Shown: positions 22,226-32,813 of the stretch, piece after piece
How the letters are laid out: each line of letters begins with the position of its first letter
Numbering within the stretch: the stretch's first letter is position 1
NCBI GenBank assembly: GCA_965603825.1
Contig: CBFDEM010000042.1
Span: forward strand, 7,567 to 71,566
Reading direction: 5' to 3'
Length of the DNA: 64,000 nt
Origin: Blepharisma stoltei ATCC 30299
Lineage: Eukaryota > Protista > Ciliophora
Program-made: the position numbers and the translations under genes
Notes under the pieces: generated by a model
Seen by the model: only the letters and a program-made list of their open reading frames with translations
Databases searched by the model: none
What the model was told of the DNA's origin: nothing

Positions 22226-24688
22226 TTAGCTTTTAGCCCCAACAGCCCCAGACCTCATAATTGTTTTATAAAACTCCACCAAAGACTGTTCTTCCTCATT
22301 TTTATGCTGTTTGGCAATCATACTTTGGTTTTTAATTGTATTTGTTGCCTGCTCATAAGCTTCATCCAAGCATTGGTTCAACCAAATTCCGTCGTCTTGA
22401 GTAGGCCTTATCCCTAAGGTTTCAAGTTCATTTTTAATGTCTAAGAAAAGTTCTCCTTTCCTAAAATCAGGATACATGCGGATTACTTCAAGTTTTTGCT
22501 TTTCTTTTGGCAATAAATCAACGCTGTTTACATCAGCTAAAGATAGGCAGCAAAAAATACTAGCCCTTAGGTCGCGTTTTCTTGCAAACTCAAGCTGTTT
22601 TTTCCTGAGAATTGAGACTTCACTTTGCTGGTCTGCAGCTTCTAAGGTCTCTTTGAGGGTTTCAAAGCCTTTGGTATTATTTGATTGTGAATAAGCTAGT
22701 GGCCTCCTTGGGTCTTTTAAAACACCGTCTACATCATAGGCAACGCCAAGTCTTTTTTCTTCCTCTTCGTATATTCTTATTAATAACTGCGACGCGTTTG
22801 CCATGTTCTTTTTGGAGTTTCAGCTTGAAAATGCAGCTTTGGCACGTGAAATTTTCAATAAATGGCATAGGCAGCTGATTGCGATTCTTCTGTGGACTTC
22901 TAAGCATTCATCTAAATAATCAAGCAAAGCAGTAATTCCTTCTATATCAATAAAATGAAGAGTCGATCTTTTATTTTGCAAAATCGCATGCCACAAGCAA
23001 TCCAAAACTGCCAATAAAAATTGGTCAGGCTCCCCAGTCACTATTGGTGGCATCGGCTTTATGTTTGCCTTAATCAGCTCAATCCAGCCTTTTCTTCTGA
23101 TTTCTTTTTGGTTTTCTCTGCAGTTTTTGCAGGCATTTGATATGATTGACAAGGCAAGTTCTCTTGCAAAAAGCGGGTAATCAGCTTCACTCTGCACAAT
23201 GTCTAGCAAAGTATCAAAAAGTCCTTCTTCTGCCAGCTCTGTCTTGAATTCTTGAAATTGTGAGGCCACTTCCAGCGCTTTTAACGTGGCGAGCTTTCTT
23301 TCATTATCACTATAAGACGACAGAAAATGGACCAGACAGTAATTTCCATTTTGCTGCTGGAAATGTTCAGGGAAAATAGGCAAAATATGGAAAATTGTGT
23401 TTAGTGCATGCATTTGGATTTCTTTAAGCTGGGGCTGCTGCCATCGAGAAATGGCTTGGTTTTTTTGGCTTGGGTCTAAATAAAGTAGCAGGGCTGGCAA
23501 AAAGTCACTGTTGACGACTACTTCAATTGCCGCATCAAGCTTGGAAGAGATTATTCTTGACGTGCAGGTCCATAGCAGCTTTTTCAGCTCTAAATCTTCT
23601 GGCTCAACCCCCCACATTGCTTTATTCGCAGAAATCGTACTTGTGGTCCCTGCGACTGCTAGATTTAGCTCATCATATGAACTGAATTTAATTAATTCTT
23701 CCAAAAAACATTCAGGGGACTCTTCTCTGCTTAAAAAGAAAGCATGGGTTTCTGGACATGCCACAACAGCAGAAATTAAAATCATAAGCTCGTTTCTCAG
23801 TTTTCTATCAGTCAGCTTGTAGCCTTCCTTTATAACTCTTTGTAAGCACCATCTGAGTGAAATGATAAGTTCTTCTCTTGCAAGTGTTTCTATGCATTCG
23901 TCGCCTGATTGTTCAAGGATATTCCAAATACACTCAATACATAAATTTACCAATGGGTCTCTAAAATTTGGATGGTTACATATCACAACTACAAGGTCTT
24001 TTAAAACCCCAAGCTCTCCAATTTTACTTGCTAATGGGGCATACATAGAAAGTGCGAGCATTGCGCTCACTGTTTGTGCTGCAATTTCGTTTTCTGTAAC
24101 ATTGTCTGCTAAAATATGGACAAGGCCTTCTGGAAGCTCTGTAGCTGCAATTGCTTTAAGGTATTTTGTCCCATTCGTTTTTATCACTGCTAGCACGTTG
24201 GTTTCCCAGTTGTCTAAAGACTTTGACCTTTTGGATTTCGACAAAGAGCTCTCAGCTGCATTTTTTTCTGCAGTTGTTGCTATATCTTTTTTGGCGAAAT
24301 CAGTGATAAAGCTGCAGACGCACAGTAAAAGCTCTTTTATTGGCTCTCTTTCTGGCTTTAGTATTGGGTAAAGAACATTTAAAAATTCTGGGAGTTTTGG
24401 GACATAAAGAGTTTCATCACTCATTTGCTCTTTTCGGAATTGGATTTTGCAGTGGTTGATAAGTCTGCATAGAGGCTCCACTAATTCTTTGCTGCCTTCT
24501 TCTATACCTTTATTCAAGAGTTTGATAATCTCTATGACTTTGTCGAGGTCTTTATAATAAAACCCTTCAGCATACTGAGATTTTGTTGAGCATATTCTTC
24601 GGACCATGGCTGCATGTCTGTCTTTTAGCTGAGAGGTGTGGCGTGAAGTCATAAGCTCGATAGCTTTTTCAAGGGAAACGTTACTCAT
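22226..24688 (-). CDS. CFAP69: Cilia- and flagella-associated protein 69-like ARM-repeat protein
   Basis: Two track ORFs are in frame via TGA 22822-22820 (AFSS-W-NSKKNMANASQLLIRIYEEEEKRLGV). Other family-like motifs: EGFYYKDL, DRKLRNELMI, EDLELKKLLW, RWQQPQLKEIQMHAL. Confidence 0.75.
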
Positions 24689-24797
24689 TTTAATTATTAT
24701 ATGAAATTTTGCATTTTTATTATGTTGAAATTAACTAAATGCTATTTTTAAACATTATTTTTAAATAGTGCATTAACGACTCTTAAATAATCTTAAA

Positions 24798-25910
24798 ATG
24801 GACCCTGTAAGAGACCCATATCTTGACAATATGATTGAGCTCATCAACAAAAGCAGCAAAACGTCTGAAGAAATCGACAAAATTGACGGATTCTTATACA
24901 ACCTTAAGCCATTCCAAAGGCTTATTGAGCACCTTGCAATCAATATCAGACAGCAAGTAATTGGCTGTTTGCAAGTAAAAGAATGCAAAGAAGGCGAAAG
25001 ACTGTTCACCAAAGGCGACCCCAGTGACTGCCTATATATTGTCATGCGTGGCTCTTTACAAATGTACAATCACTCCTCAAAAGAAAAAAATGACATGATA
25101 CCTGAAAATGTTCTTGGAAAAGGAAAAATTCTGGGTGAAAGAGGAATCCTAAGAAATGGGCCCAGAAGCTTGACAGCCGTAGCAAAGGAGCATTCTTATG
25201 TCCTCACCCTTGATGAAAAATATTTTAAACTTTATTTGAGCAATGAAATGTATAATACTCTTGAAACGAAGAAAAAAATAATTGACAAATTTATCCCTGG
25301 ACTATCAAAATACCCAGGCACACAAAAAGAAAGGCTTGCTTATACATTGGAAATCGAGGATTATGATAGAGGAACTATATTAGCCAAACAAGGAGCATTA
25401 ACTGAAAAAATGCTAGTTATATTAGAAGGGGAGTGTGTTATGACGTTTAAAGAAGGAAATATTAAGAGAATGGTAGCGAGACTAGAAAAAGGGTCAATAG
25501 TAGGTGAGGAAACTGCGCTATTTGATAGACCTTCTAGCTTTACAGTAACTGTCACTTCAAACACATTAATGGCAGGAAAAATAAAAAACACAGATTTGCA
25601 GACAATTTATCCTAATAAAGTTGTACAAATGATGAGAAATTATTACTCAGAGAGAAACCTAACAAGGAAAAAATTAGCAGATTTTACCCATCCTTGCCTT
25701 GGGACAACTGATTTAATTTTAAGCCCAAAAAATTTTCCACTGGCAAGCCCAAAGGCGAAAGAACATATGACTATGATAATGAAAAGAGTCCCAAGTTTTG
25801 CCAAAGAAAATTTGAGTGAAAAACTCATGAATTTTTCTTATAAAGGAAAGCTGGAAAAGCTGAGGGATACGGCAAATAAAAGAATAAGCAGGTTCTTGGC
25901 AAAAGAATAA
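24798..25910 (+). CDS. Tandem cyclic-nucleotide-binding domain protein
   Basis: LFTKGDPSDCLYIVMRG...LGERGIL.NGPRSLTAVA, then a second domain QG..EKMLVILEG...VGEETALFDRPSSFTV. Confidence 0.85.
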   Translation: MDPVRDPYLDNMIELINKSSKTSEEIDKIDGFLYNLKPFQRLIEHLAINIRQQVIGCLQVKECKEGERLFTKGDPSDCLYIVMRGSLQMYNHSSKEKNDMIPENVLGKGKILGERGILRNGPRSLTAVAKEHSYVLTLDEKYFKLYLSNEMYNTLETKKKIIDKFIPGLSKYPGTQKERLAYTLEIEDYDRGTILAKQGALTEKMLVILEGECVMTFKEGNIKRMVARLEKGSIVGEETALFDRPSSFTVTVTSNTLMAGKIKNTDLQTIYPNKVVQMMRNYYSERNLTRKKLADFTHPCLGTTDLILSPKNFPLASPKAKEHMTMIMKRVPSFAKENLSEKLMNFSYKGKLEKLRDTANKRISRFLAKE

Positions 25911-25981
25911 ATTTTTGAAATAAAAGAAATCTTGTGTTTTAATCTGATTTTATAAATAAAAGCTTTATAGGTTTTCAAGCT

Positions 25982-26021
25982 GACTGTTTGGCCGAGTGGT
26001 CTAAGGCGCCAGCTTCAGGCG

Positions 26022-26056
<35 letters not shown>

Positions 26057-26061
26057 AGTCA
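25982..26061 (+). tRNA. tRNA-Leu (CAG)
   Basis: Acceptor GACTGTT/AGCAGTC, anticodon arm CCAGC-TTCAGGC-GCTGG, long variable arm, GGTTCAAATCC T-arm, A73, T6 terminator. Confidence 0.95.
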
Positions 26062-26741
26062 TTTTTTATTTTTTAAGAATTTCGAAGTTAAAGTGAAAAA
26101 TATGTAGAAGATTAACGGTTTGGGAGATAGCGTATTACTACTTCAACTAGCTTCATGTTTTGATTGTGATTAAAGATTGTCATTTTTAAAATTATATTTT
26201 ATATAAGCTATGAAAATTATAATTGATCTTATATGTATTTGATTTGGCAATACTTTTTATAAAAATGTGTATATGCTTTTATTAATTAATGTCCATGTGC
26301 ATTTATAAATAATAAAGTTGCGAGAGTAAAATAGCTCTAAAAAATCTATATTTACAGAAATGATTTTAGAAGTTAAAAGCGAGTATTTTCTAGCATTAAT
26401 GCCAATGATGAGGTATAAAACTGCCAATTAAGTGAAGCAAGAAAATAATTAAATGCTGAACTCCCTATAAGAGTATGCTATTCCGAAGAATTTAGAAATT
26501 TCATTTAGCAACAAAAGATTAACTCAAGAAGTAAAGCTTGAAATAATCGAATTGCAAGAAGTCTATTTATTCAGGTTTTGATAATGAAAAGAATAGCATT
26601 AGTCACATAGATATAAGTCTTGAACCATAAATTCAAAGATTACACAAATCTTAAATAAAAATTAGCTAATCACTTCAGCTAATAACAAAAATGATAATTT
26701 TTATTGTCTAACTCTTAGGGTCGATATTGAAATTGGTTATC

Positions 26742-27086
26742 TTAATAGCCAAGGATATCGTTGACCACCATATTCCCATTTGTAGGTCTTGGAACATATC
26801 CTTTAGTCTTGAAGTATTCTTTTGCTTCTTCTTGGTCTTTGATCATCTTTTGCCTTCTTTTAGCTAATATCTTCATTGCCTCTTGGTCATAGATGTTTTT
26901 GCTTCTTTCTAGCATTGAAGTTGCGTAGTCATGGGTTTTTCCCTCCAATGTATTGTATTCTCCAAGAGCCGTCCTGTAATAGTGGGTAACTAATGAAAGT
27001 GCTGTGAGCCCAACTATAACCTTAGGTAGATTTTGCCTCTTATTAGGGATCCATCTCCAAAACATCACTTTCCACTGAAGTACCAT
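26742..27086 (-). CDS. Small single-pass membrane protein (114 aa), function unknown
   Basis: Clean ORF with one hydrophobic segment (VIVGLTALSLVTHYY) and TGG-only Trp codons. Confidence 0.75.
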   Translation of the reverse strand: MVLQWKVMFWRWIPNKRQNLPKVIVGLTALSLVTHYYRTALGEYNTLEGKTHDYATSMLERSKNIYDQEAMKILAKRRQKMIKDQEEAKEYFKTKGYVPRPTNGNMVVNDILGY

Positions 27087-27565
27087 TTTATTATAATGTT
27101 CTTTTGAGATTTTAATTAGAAGTAATGCTAATGAAAGCTCAAAGTCTTGATTTTTCCGCTTTCTGGATTTTTAATATTGAGTAAATTGAGAATTCTTATT
27201 TTAGATTAATGTGAAATGAAATAGCAGCTAATTTATATTGATTTTTTAATAAATTCGAGTTTTACTTGCATCCCCATGAAGTTTTATGGTCGATTGCAAG
27301 GAGGGTTAATAAAGTTTAATTTGCCCCCAAAAAAATATCATCATAATGATAAAAATATTTCTCTAACCTAAAATTCCGTAAATCTTTTTTCTAATCATCT
27401 TTAAAAAACACTTTTTTAGTCATTACATTACTTTTTAAGCCAAATTCTTCATTTTCTCCCTTTTTACCCCCTCAAAATAATCAAAAATCCCAAAAAGCTT
27501 TTTTAGCTCCCATTCTTAATTCAAAAACGGATAATCTTTTTTCAATGAAGGCAATAAATTTATAA

Positions 27566-28078
27566 ATGGCAGGCAGACAACCAGCAAAAGGTTCCAACGC
27601 ATTCAATCCAAAACAATACGAACGCCCTGGCCTCACTGAGGACGAAATTGAAGAAATCAAAGAAGCTTTCGATCTCTTCGATACCGATGGATCTGGTACA
27701 ATTGACCCAAGAGAACTGACCTCTGCAATGCAGTCTCTCGGCTTTGAAGCCAAAAACCAAACCATCTACCAAATGGTTAGCGACTTAGACAAGGACGGAT
27801 CAGGAGCAATTGACTTTGACGAGTTTCTTGACATGATGACTGCCAGGATGAGCGACAAAGACACTAGAGAAGACATTCAAAAAGTTTTCAGGCTGTTTGA
27901 TGATGATAAAACTGGAACCATCAGCATTAAGAACCTCAGAAGAGTAGCCAAAGAGCTTGGAGAGACCATGACTGATGAAGAGCTGCTTGAAATGATTGAA
28001 AGAGCTGATAGTGACGGCGACGGACAGGTTTCCTTTGAAGACTTCTATAATATCATGACTAAGAAAGCCTTTCCATAA
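27566..28078 (+). CDS. Centrin (four EF-hands)
   Basis: [61 protein letters not shown]. Confidence 0.96.
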   Translation: MAGRQPAKGSNAFNPKQYERPGLTEDEIEEIKEAFDLFDTDGSGTIDPRELTSAMQSLGFEAKNQTIYQMVSDLDKDGSGAIDFDEFLDMMTARMSDKDTREDIQKVFRLFDDDKTGTISIKNLRRVAKELGETMTDEELLEMIERADSDGDGQVSFEDFYNIMTKKAFP

Positions 28079-28096
28079 TTTAACTAAGAATTAAAT

Positions 28097-30589
28097 ATGA
28101 TAAGCCAAGAAAGTTTTGCAAATTTGAAAAAAGAAGGCAAATTTTTAGAAGCTATTGAAATTCTTGAATTGGAGCTTGCTGAGCAAAAACCTGAGCTATG
28201 GGGATATGAAAGTAACGAAATCAGTAAAACCCTTTGTGAATTTTGCAATCTCTATGCGATGAGTTTGATGCAACAAAACAAATTTGACAGCTCTTTGACT
28301 TATTTAAGGAGGGCTGAATTTTTGTCTGAAAGACTACCAGTCATGAAAGCTGTAACTTATAATAACTTAGCCTGCTTCTATAGAAAACAAGGAAAACATA
28401 GAATTTCGCTTAAATACCTGCAAAGGGCGTTACTGCTAGAACCTTCTGGAGATATTCATTTAAATTTGTGTGCAGTTTTAAGTCAGATTGGAAAGCATGA
28501 GCAAGCCTTAGAGCAAGCTATGCACGCAATTATTTATCTGCAGGACGAGCTTTTCGAAGCTGCATATGAGAAAAAGCAAAGTGTTATTGATGAAAGAGCT
28601 CCTATTTTGGCGGTCGCTTATCATAACTTGGCTGTAGAGCTTGAATTTTTAAGAAGAATTACAGAAGCTCATTCATATTATATGAAAGCTGTAGCGTTTG
28701 CTAAAAAGCATTTGCCTCAAGAAACACAATTAATAGAAAACCTTGAAAACGTCCTTGAAAAAGTCCTTGGAAAAGGCAAGAGGATAAAAGTTCCAGCTTT
28801 GCAGCTCAAGAAAACCAACAGACTTGTTCTAAAAAATAAAAGTAAATCTCCATTTGGTGACAGAAAAAGTGTCAGTCCAATAATGGGGACTGGAAGAGCC
28901 CAAACCCAAAGGATGCTGCAAACTTCTCCAAGTAGACTCGATGAAATTAGAGGACTCGCTAAAACAGCTGAACAGCTGAAAAAATACGAAGATCTGCCTG
29001 TAAAAATAAAGCATCCTGAACAAGTTAAAGACGCAGTTTCAAACTTCCGGCAGAGAAAATATAGAAGCTCTCTAGGAATTAAGCCAAATGTAGAAGAAAG
29101 CAGCTCAAATGAGGCTGAAAATGAGGAAAACTATAATATTCAAGAAAACCGATATGACCTGCCAGAAGAAAAACAAAGCAATCACGAAGATTCTTTGCAT
29201 AAGAGCCACAAAGACTCTGCAAATGAAAGCGAAAAAGAAATAGAAGAGCCTCCACAAGTGATCCCTGATATTATGGACAACTTTATCCAAGAAGACTTAG
29301 AATTAGAAGCAAAAATTGAAGCTTTAAAAAATAAGCAAAAAAAAGAGGAAAATTTTTCAGATGAAGATGAGGCAGAAATCGCAATGAAAATAGCTGAAGA
29401 AGAAATAAATAAATTAAATAGTCTGAGCTTTGAAAAAAGCAGAGACAAAAGAGATAAGGAAACTGATGAAGATGAAATTATGGAGAGCCCGATAACAGAA
29501 TTGCATGAAAAGCATTCAGTCCAGGAGATTAATGAAGAAATCCAGGTAGATATGATTGAAATTAGCACTGAAAAAAAAGAAATTGCAGAGAGCAAGGATG
29601 AAATTCAGGAGAAATCACAATCTCGGGACATTTACTCAATTGACATATATGTGCCTACAATAGAGGAAAGCCATAAGGCTGAAGATAAGCCAAAATTGAT
29701 CGTGCAAGAAACCTCGCATTTTGGAGAAGGCAGTAATAAGGAGCTAGCAGTTAAATTAGAACCTGAAAATGTCAGTCATGAAAAGGTCGAAGAAGCTATT
29801 ATTGTGCAAAATAAAATAAACGAAGAAGAAAAAGAAATTCACGACACAGAAATGGACCCTCAGGGTGAATCAGATGTAGAACTTATGAATCCAAATGATA
29901 AAGAAGTTACCCCAATAGCTCATATAATTACGATTAGCGAAATAGAGAAAAAAGAAAAAAATGAAAATAAAGAAAAAGAAAATTTAGCTCAAGATGTAAT
30001 AGAAACAGAAGTAGTCCTTTCCAGAAAAAGCTCTAAAGCAATAGAAACTGTAATAGAGGAACAGTCATTAAGTATTCAAGTCATAGAAAATGTATTGGCA
30101 GATGACAATAAAGAAGAAATTGGCGAAAAAATGATCGAAGAGCCTCAAATTACTGAAAATTTGCAAAGCAGTTTTCATGAAAATAATCCAAGTGATCTTA
30201 CAAATAAAAGCTTTCATGAATTTATATTAGAAAAATCTATTGAAAATGTTTTACAGAAAGACAAAGAAATCGATGAAGGTAAGCCTGCTTTCGAAAATAG
30301 CCCAGAAAATGCCATTGAGGTAGTAGACGAAAACAAGCCTGAACTAGAAATCATCAAAATTCCTTCTGATAAAGACCTAAAAATTAGTCTTCATGACTCA
30401 AACCCAGATCCTCCAATACCCCTTCAAAACCCTGAAATAATCCCAGAAGCTCATGAGAGCCTATCTTCAAATTCCCCAGCACCCCAAGATCTATCCCACA
30501 GAACTTTAATCCAAACCCCTCTTTTCATTGAGTCCCAAGAAATTTGCACATCAATCATCTCCAGCATTCTGGACTCCCTTTCAGCCTAA
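28097..30589 (+). CDS. N-terminal TPR protein with long acidic disordered tail
   Basis: TPR-like helices AVTYNNLACFYRKQGK, IHLNLCAVLSQIGKHEQAL, AVAYHNLAVELEFL; E-rich C-terminal half. Confidence 0.8.
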   Translation: MISQESFANLKKEGKFLEAIEILELELAEQKPELWGYESNEISKTLCEFCNLYAMSLMQQNKFDSSLTYLRRAEFLSERLPVMKAVTYNNLACFYRKQGKHRISLKYLQRALLLEPSGDIHLNLCAVLSQIGKHEQALEQAMHAIIYLQDELFEAAYEKKQSVIDERAPILAVAYHNLAVELEFLRRITEAHSYYMKAVAFAKKHLPQETQLIENLENVLEKVLGKGKRIKVPALQLKKTNRLVLKNKSKSPFGDRKSVSPIMGTGRAQTQRMLQTSPSRLDEIRGLAKTAEQLKKYEDLPVKIKHPEQVKDAVSNFRQRKYRSSLGIKPNVEESSSNEAENEENYNIQENRYDLPEEKQSNHEDSLHKSHKDSANESEKEIEEPPQVIPDIMDNFIQEDLELEAKIEALKNKQKKEENFSDEDEAEIAMKIAEEEINKLNSLSFEKSRDKRDKETDEDEIMESPITELHEKHSVQEINEEIQVDMIEISTEKKEIAESKDEIQEKSQSRDIYSIDIYVPTIEESHKAEDKPKLIVQETSHFGEGSNKELAVKLEPENVSHEKVEEAIIVQNKINEEEKEIHDTEMDPQGESDVELMNPNDKEVTPIAHIITISEIEKKEKNENKEKENLAQDVIETEVVLSRKSSKAIETVIEEQSLSIQVIENVLADDNKEEIGEKMIEEPQITENLQSSFHENNPSDLTNKSFHEFILEKSIENVLQKDKEIDEGKPAFENSPENAIEVVDENKPELEIIKIPSDKDLKISLHDSNPDPPIPLQNPEIIPEAHESLSSNSPAPQDLSHRTLIQTPLFIESQEICTSIISSILDSLSA

Positions 30590-30637
30590 CCACTCCACTG
30601 GCTTAGCCAAGTATATAATTATCTAATTTCATAAAAA

Positions 30638-30841
30638 TTATTTTAATCTTCTTGCTTCTCTTTCGCTTTCCAGAAGTGCAAGCATATCTCCTTCTTTGAC
30701 TGGTCCTTTTACATTTCTTACAAGCGTTCTTCCACTTTCGTCACCATGTAGGACAACACGGACTTGAGTAATCCCACCTCTTGACCCAGTTCTTCCTAGA
30801 AGTTTTTGCACTGTTGCAAGTATATGGCTTTGCTCTTCCAT
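30638..30841 (-). CDS. RPS28: 40S ribosomal protein S28 (eS28)
   Basis: [15 protein letters not shown]...[25 protein letters not shown]. Confidence 0.97.
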   Translation of the reverse strand: MEEQSHILATVQKLLGRTGSRGGITQVRVVLHGDESGRTLVRNVKGPVKEGDMLALLESEREARRLK

Positions 30842-30934
30842 AATTATGTTTCTAAATAAGAACTTATAATGGATATTGGATATATAAGCTTTTGGGTAGT
30901 TAGAATTTATTATAACTATTTAAATTATGCACAT

Positions 30935-32044
30935 TTATTCCTCTCTTTTCTTTTTCTTTTTGATTTCTTTATCTGAGTCATCAAAAACCATTTTGTGCCT
31001 CTGCTCTTTAAATCTTGCATTGTGTAAAGTGTCCTTTATTTTATATGGTTGGTTTCCTTCTTTTGTGGACTGTCCTCTTCTGTATTTTTTTCAGAGTTTT
31101 GAGACTGATTGGGAAAAATCTACATGGATTCTCCTCTCGTCAATCCTCACCCTATCCATTTTAAGTACAGCTTCTTCACAGTCTCTTGGATTTTCATACT
31201 CAATAAATGCATATTGTAAGCTTTCACCTGTTTTTCAATCTTTTACGACCTCACAAGATTTTATAGGACCGAATCTGCTGAAAATTACATACAAATCTTG
31301 GCTGGTCGTATGGGCATTTAGCCTGCACACAAAAGCGACATTTTCTGGTGGCTTGATATCAGCGTCAGGCAAGTCTCCAAGGATTTCTAATACAATTGCT
31401 CGAGTTTTCGCCTCGTTTTCTTTTATGCTGGTTTCTATTTGTTTTTCGTCAATATTTTCATCTATTTTTTCATTGTCCAAAAGTCTATCACTTTCTGTGA
31501 CCGGCTCAGGGCTATTTGGGACTATTAAATTAGGCAAATCTGGAAAAGGGTCTTCTAGTATATATGTATGCTTAATTCTTATGTCCCTATACGGTCTCCC
31601 AGCATCATCACAATAAATTTTATTGAAATTTTCTACAATATCTAAGCCTTCGCCAACTATTCCAAAAATCGTGTGCTTTCTATCTAAATCTTGGCCTTGA
31701 GATCCCAATGTAATAAAGAACTAAATAGCAATTACATGTGAAGCGCTCATATCTGGGCCTCTATTCGCCATTGATACAATTCCTACTCTATCATGTTTTA
31801 ATACAGGAGTAATTTCGTCCTCAAAATATTTCTTTTCTTGGCCTTGCAAAATTCCAAAAATTGAGTTATCTTGATTTAAATGCCCACATTTTACTGTGTA
31901 ATTTTTTTCTATGTTGTAGAAAAGAGAGTTGTTATAGTGCTTTATTTTGCAGAGCTTTAAGAAATTGAGGCACGTTTTGGGGCATAAATCAGGGTATAGG
32001 TCAATGACAATATCTCCAATTGAAGTTTCTAGCAGGACTGCCAT
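30935..32044 (-). CDS. PPIL4: Cyclophilin-RRM peptidyl-prolyl isomerase (PPIL4/CYP59 family)
   Basis: Starts [17 protein letters not shown]. Removing the intron at 31721-31735 gives SASH|FFITLG. RRM: [12 protein letters not shown]...KD(TGA=W)[13 protein letters not shown]...[14 protein letters not shown]. Second TGA at 31093; TAA at 30937-30935. Confidence 0.92.
31721..31735 (-). other. 15-nt intron GTAATTGCTATTTAG
   Basis: GT..AG with A10 and an in-frame TAG. Removal restores the conserved cyclophilin S(Q/H)FFITL motif. Confidence 0.9.
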
Positions 32045-32334
32045 TTTAGTATATTAAGTAGGCTTATAATTTGGAAGCAGCTTGAGTATGCTTAAGTCTG
32101 CATATATCAGGATAATTTTTGGTATAAATATTCATATAGAAATATTTTATTTGGAATCTTGCATAAATATTTTGTATATGTCTAATACTCTTATTCTAAT
32201 AAAGTTTATTAATAGAAAATTTCGAGAATAATTCTATCTAGCGATGCATGATATGAGGATTCTTTGACGTGTTTATTTCATGCGCTGAAATAAGATACTT
32301 GAAATTTAGATCATTCTATAAGAAAAATAAGAAA

Positions 32335-32634
32335 TTAGTTTATGATTCCTACCAATTCAGTGTCTCTGTATATGTAAAGTTTTTCCTCGTTCACAAAGAC
32401 AACTTGTCCTCCATAACTTGGTAGCAAAACGGTTTGTCCTTCGTTTACTAAACATTTCCTAAGCTGGCCGTCGATGTTCTTCTCTCCAGGTCCGGTTGCT
32501 ATAACTTTTCCCATTGTGAGATCTTGTTCTTTGGTATCAGGAAGGAATATCCCACCAGCAGTTGTTTTAGGTGCTTCCAACTTTTGTATAAGAACTCTAT
32601 TTAGCAAAGGGATAACACGTTTAATGCTTGCCAT
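32335..32634 (-). CDS. HSP10: 10 kDa chaperonin (HSP10/Cpn10)
   Basis: PLLNRVLI, KTTAGGIFLP, GKVIATGPG, VLLPSYGG, YRDTELVG. Confidence 0.95.
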   Translation of the reverse strand: MASIKRVIPLLNRVLIQKLEAPKTTAGGIFLPDTKEQDLTMGKVIATGPGEKNIDGQLRKCLVNEGQTVLLPSYGGQVVFVNEEKLYIYRDTELVGIIN

Positions 32635-32813
32635 ATTATTATAGCCTTATAATTTATCACTAAAATATTTTCTTATATTTTTAAAGCATTTTTCGCATCC
32701 AAAATCGTAGAATTTTATGAATAATTCTGCAGGTTTATAGGATTATGAATTTATTAGAAATCCAGAATTTAATAAAAGAATATATAAATGAAGCATTTTT
32801 ATAAAGAATAACT

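Noticed and set aside
32240-32288. Hairpin GCATGA...TCATGC with ATGAGGA and CTGA boxes (possible snoRNA or SECIS) downstream of HSP10
   Set aside because: Too short for a C/D snoRNA, no SECIS GA/GA core, and HSP10 has no in-frame UGA.
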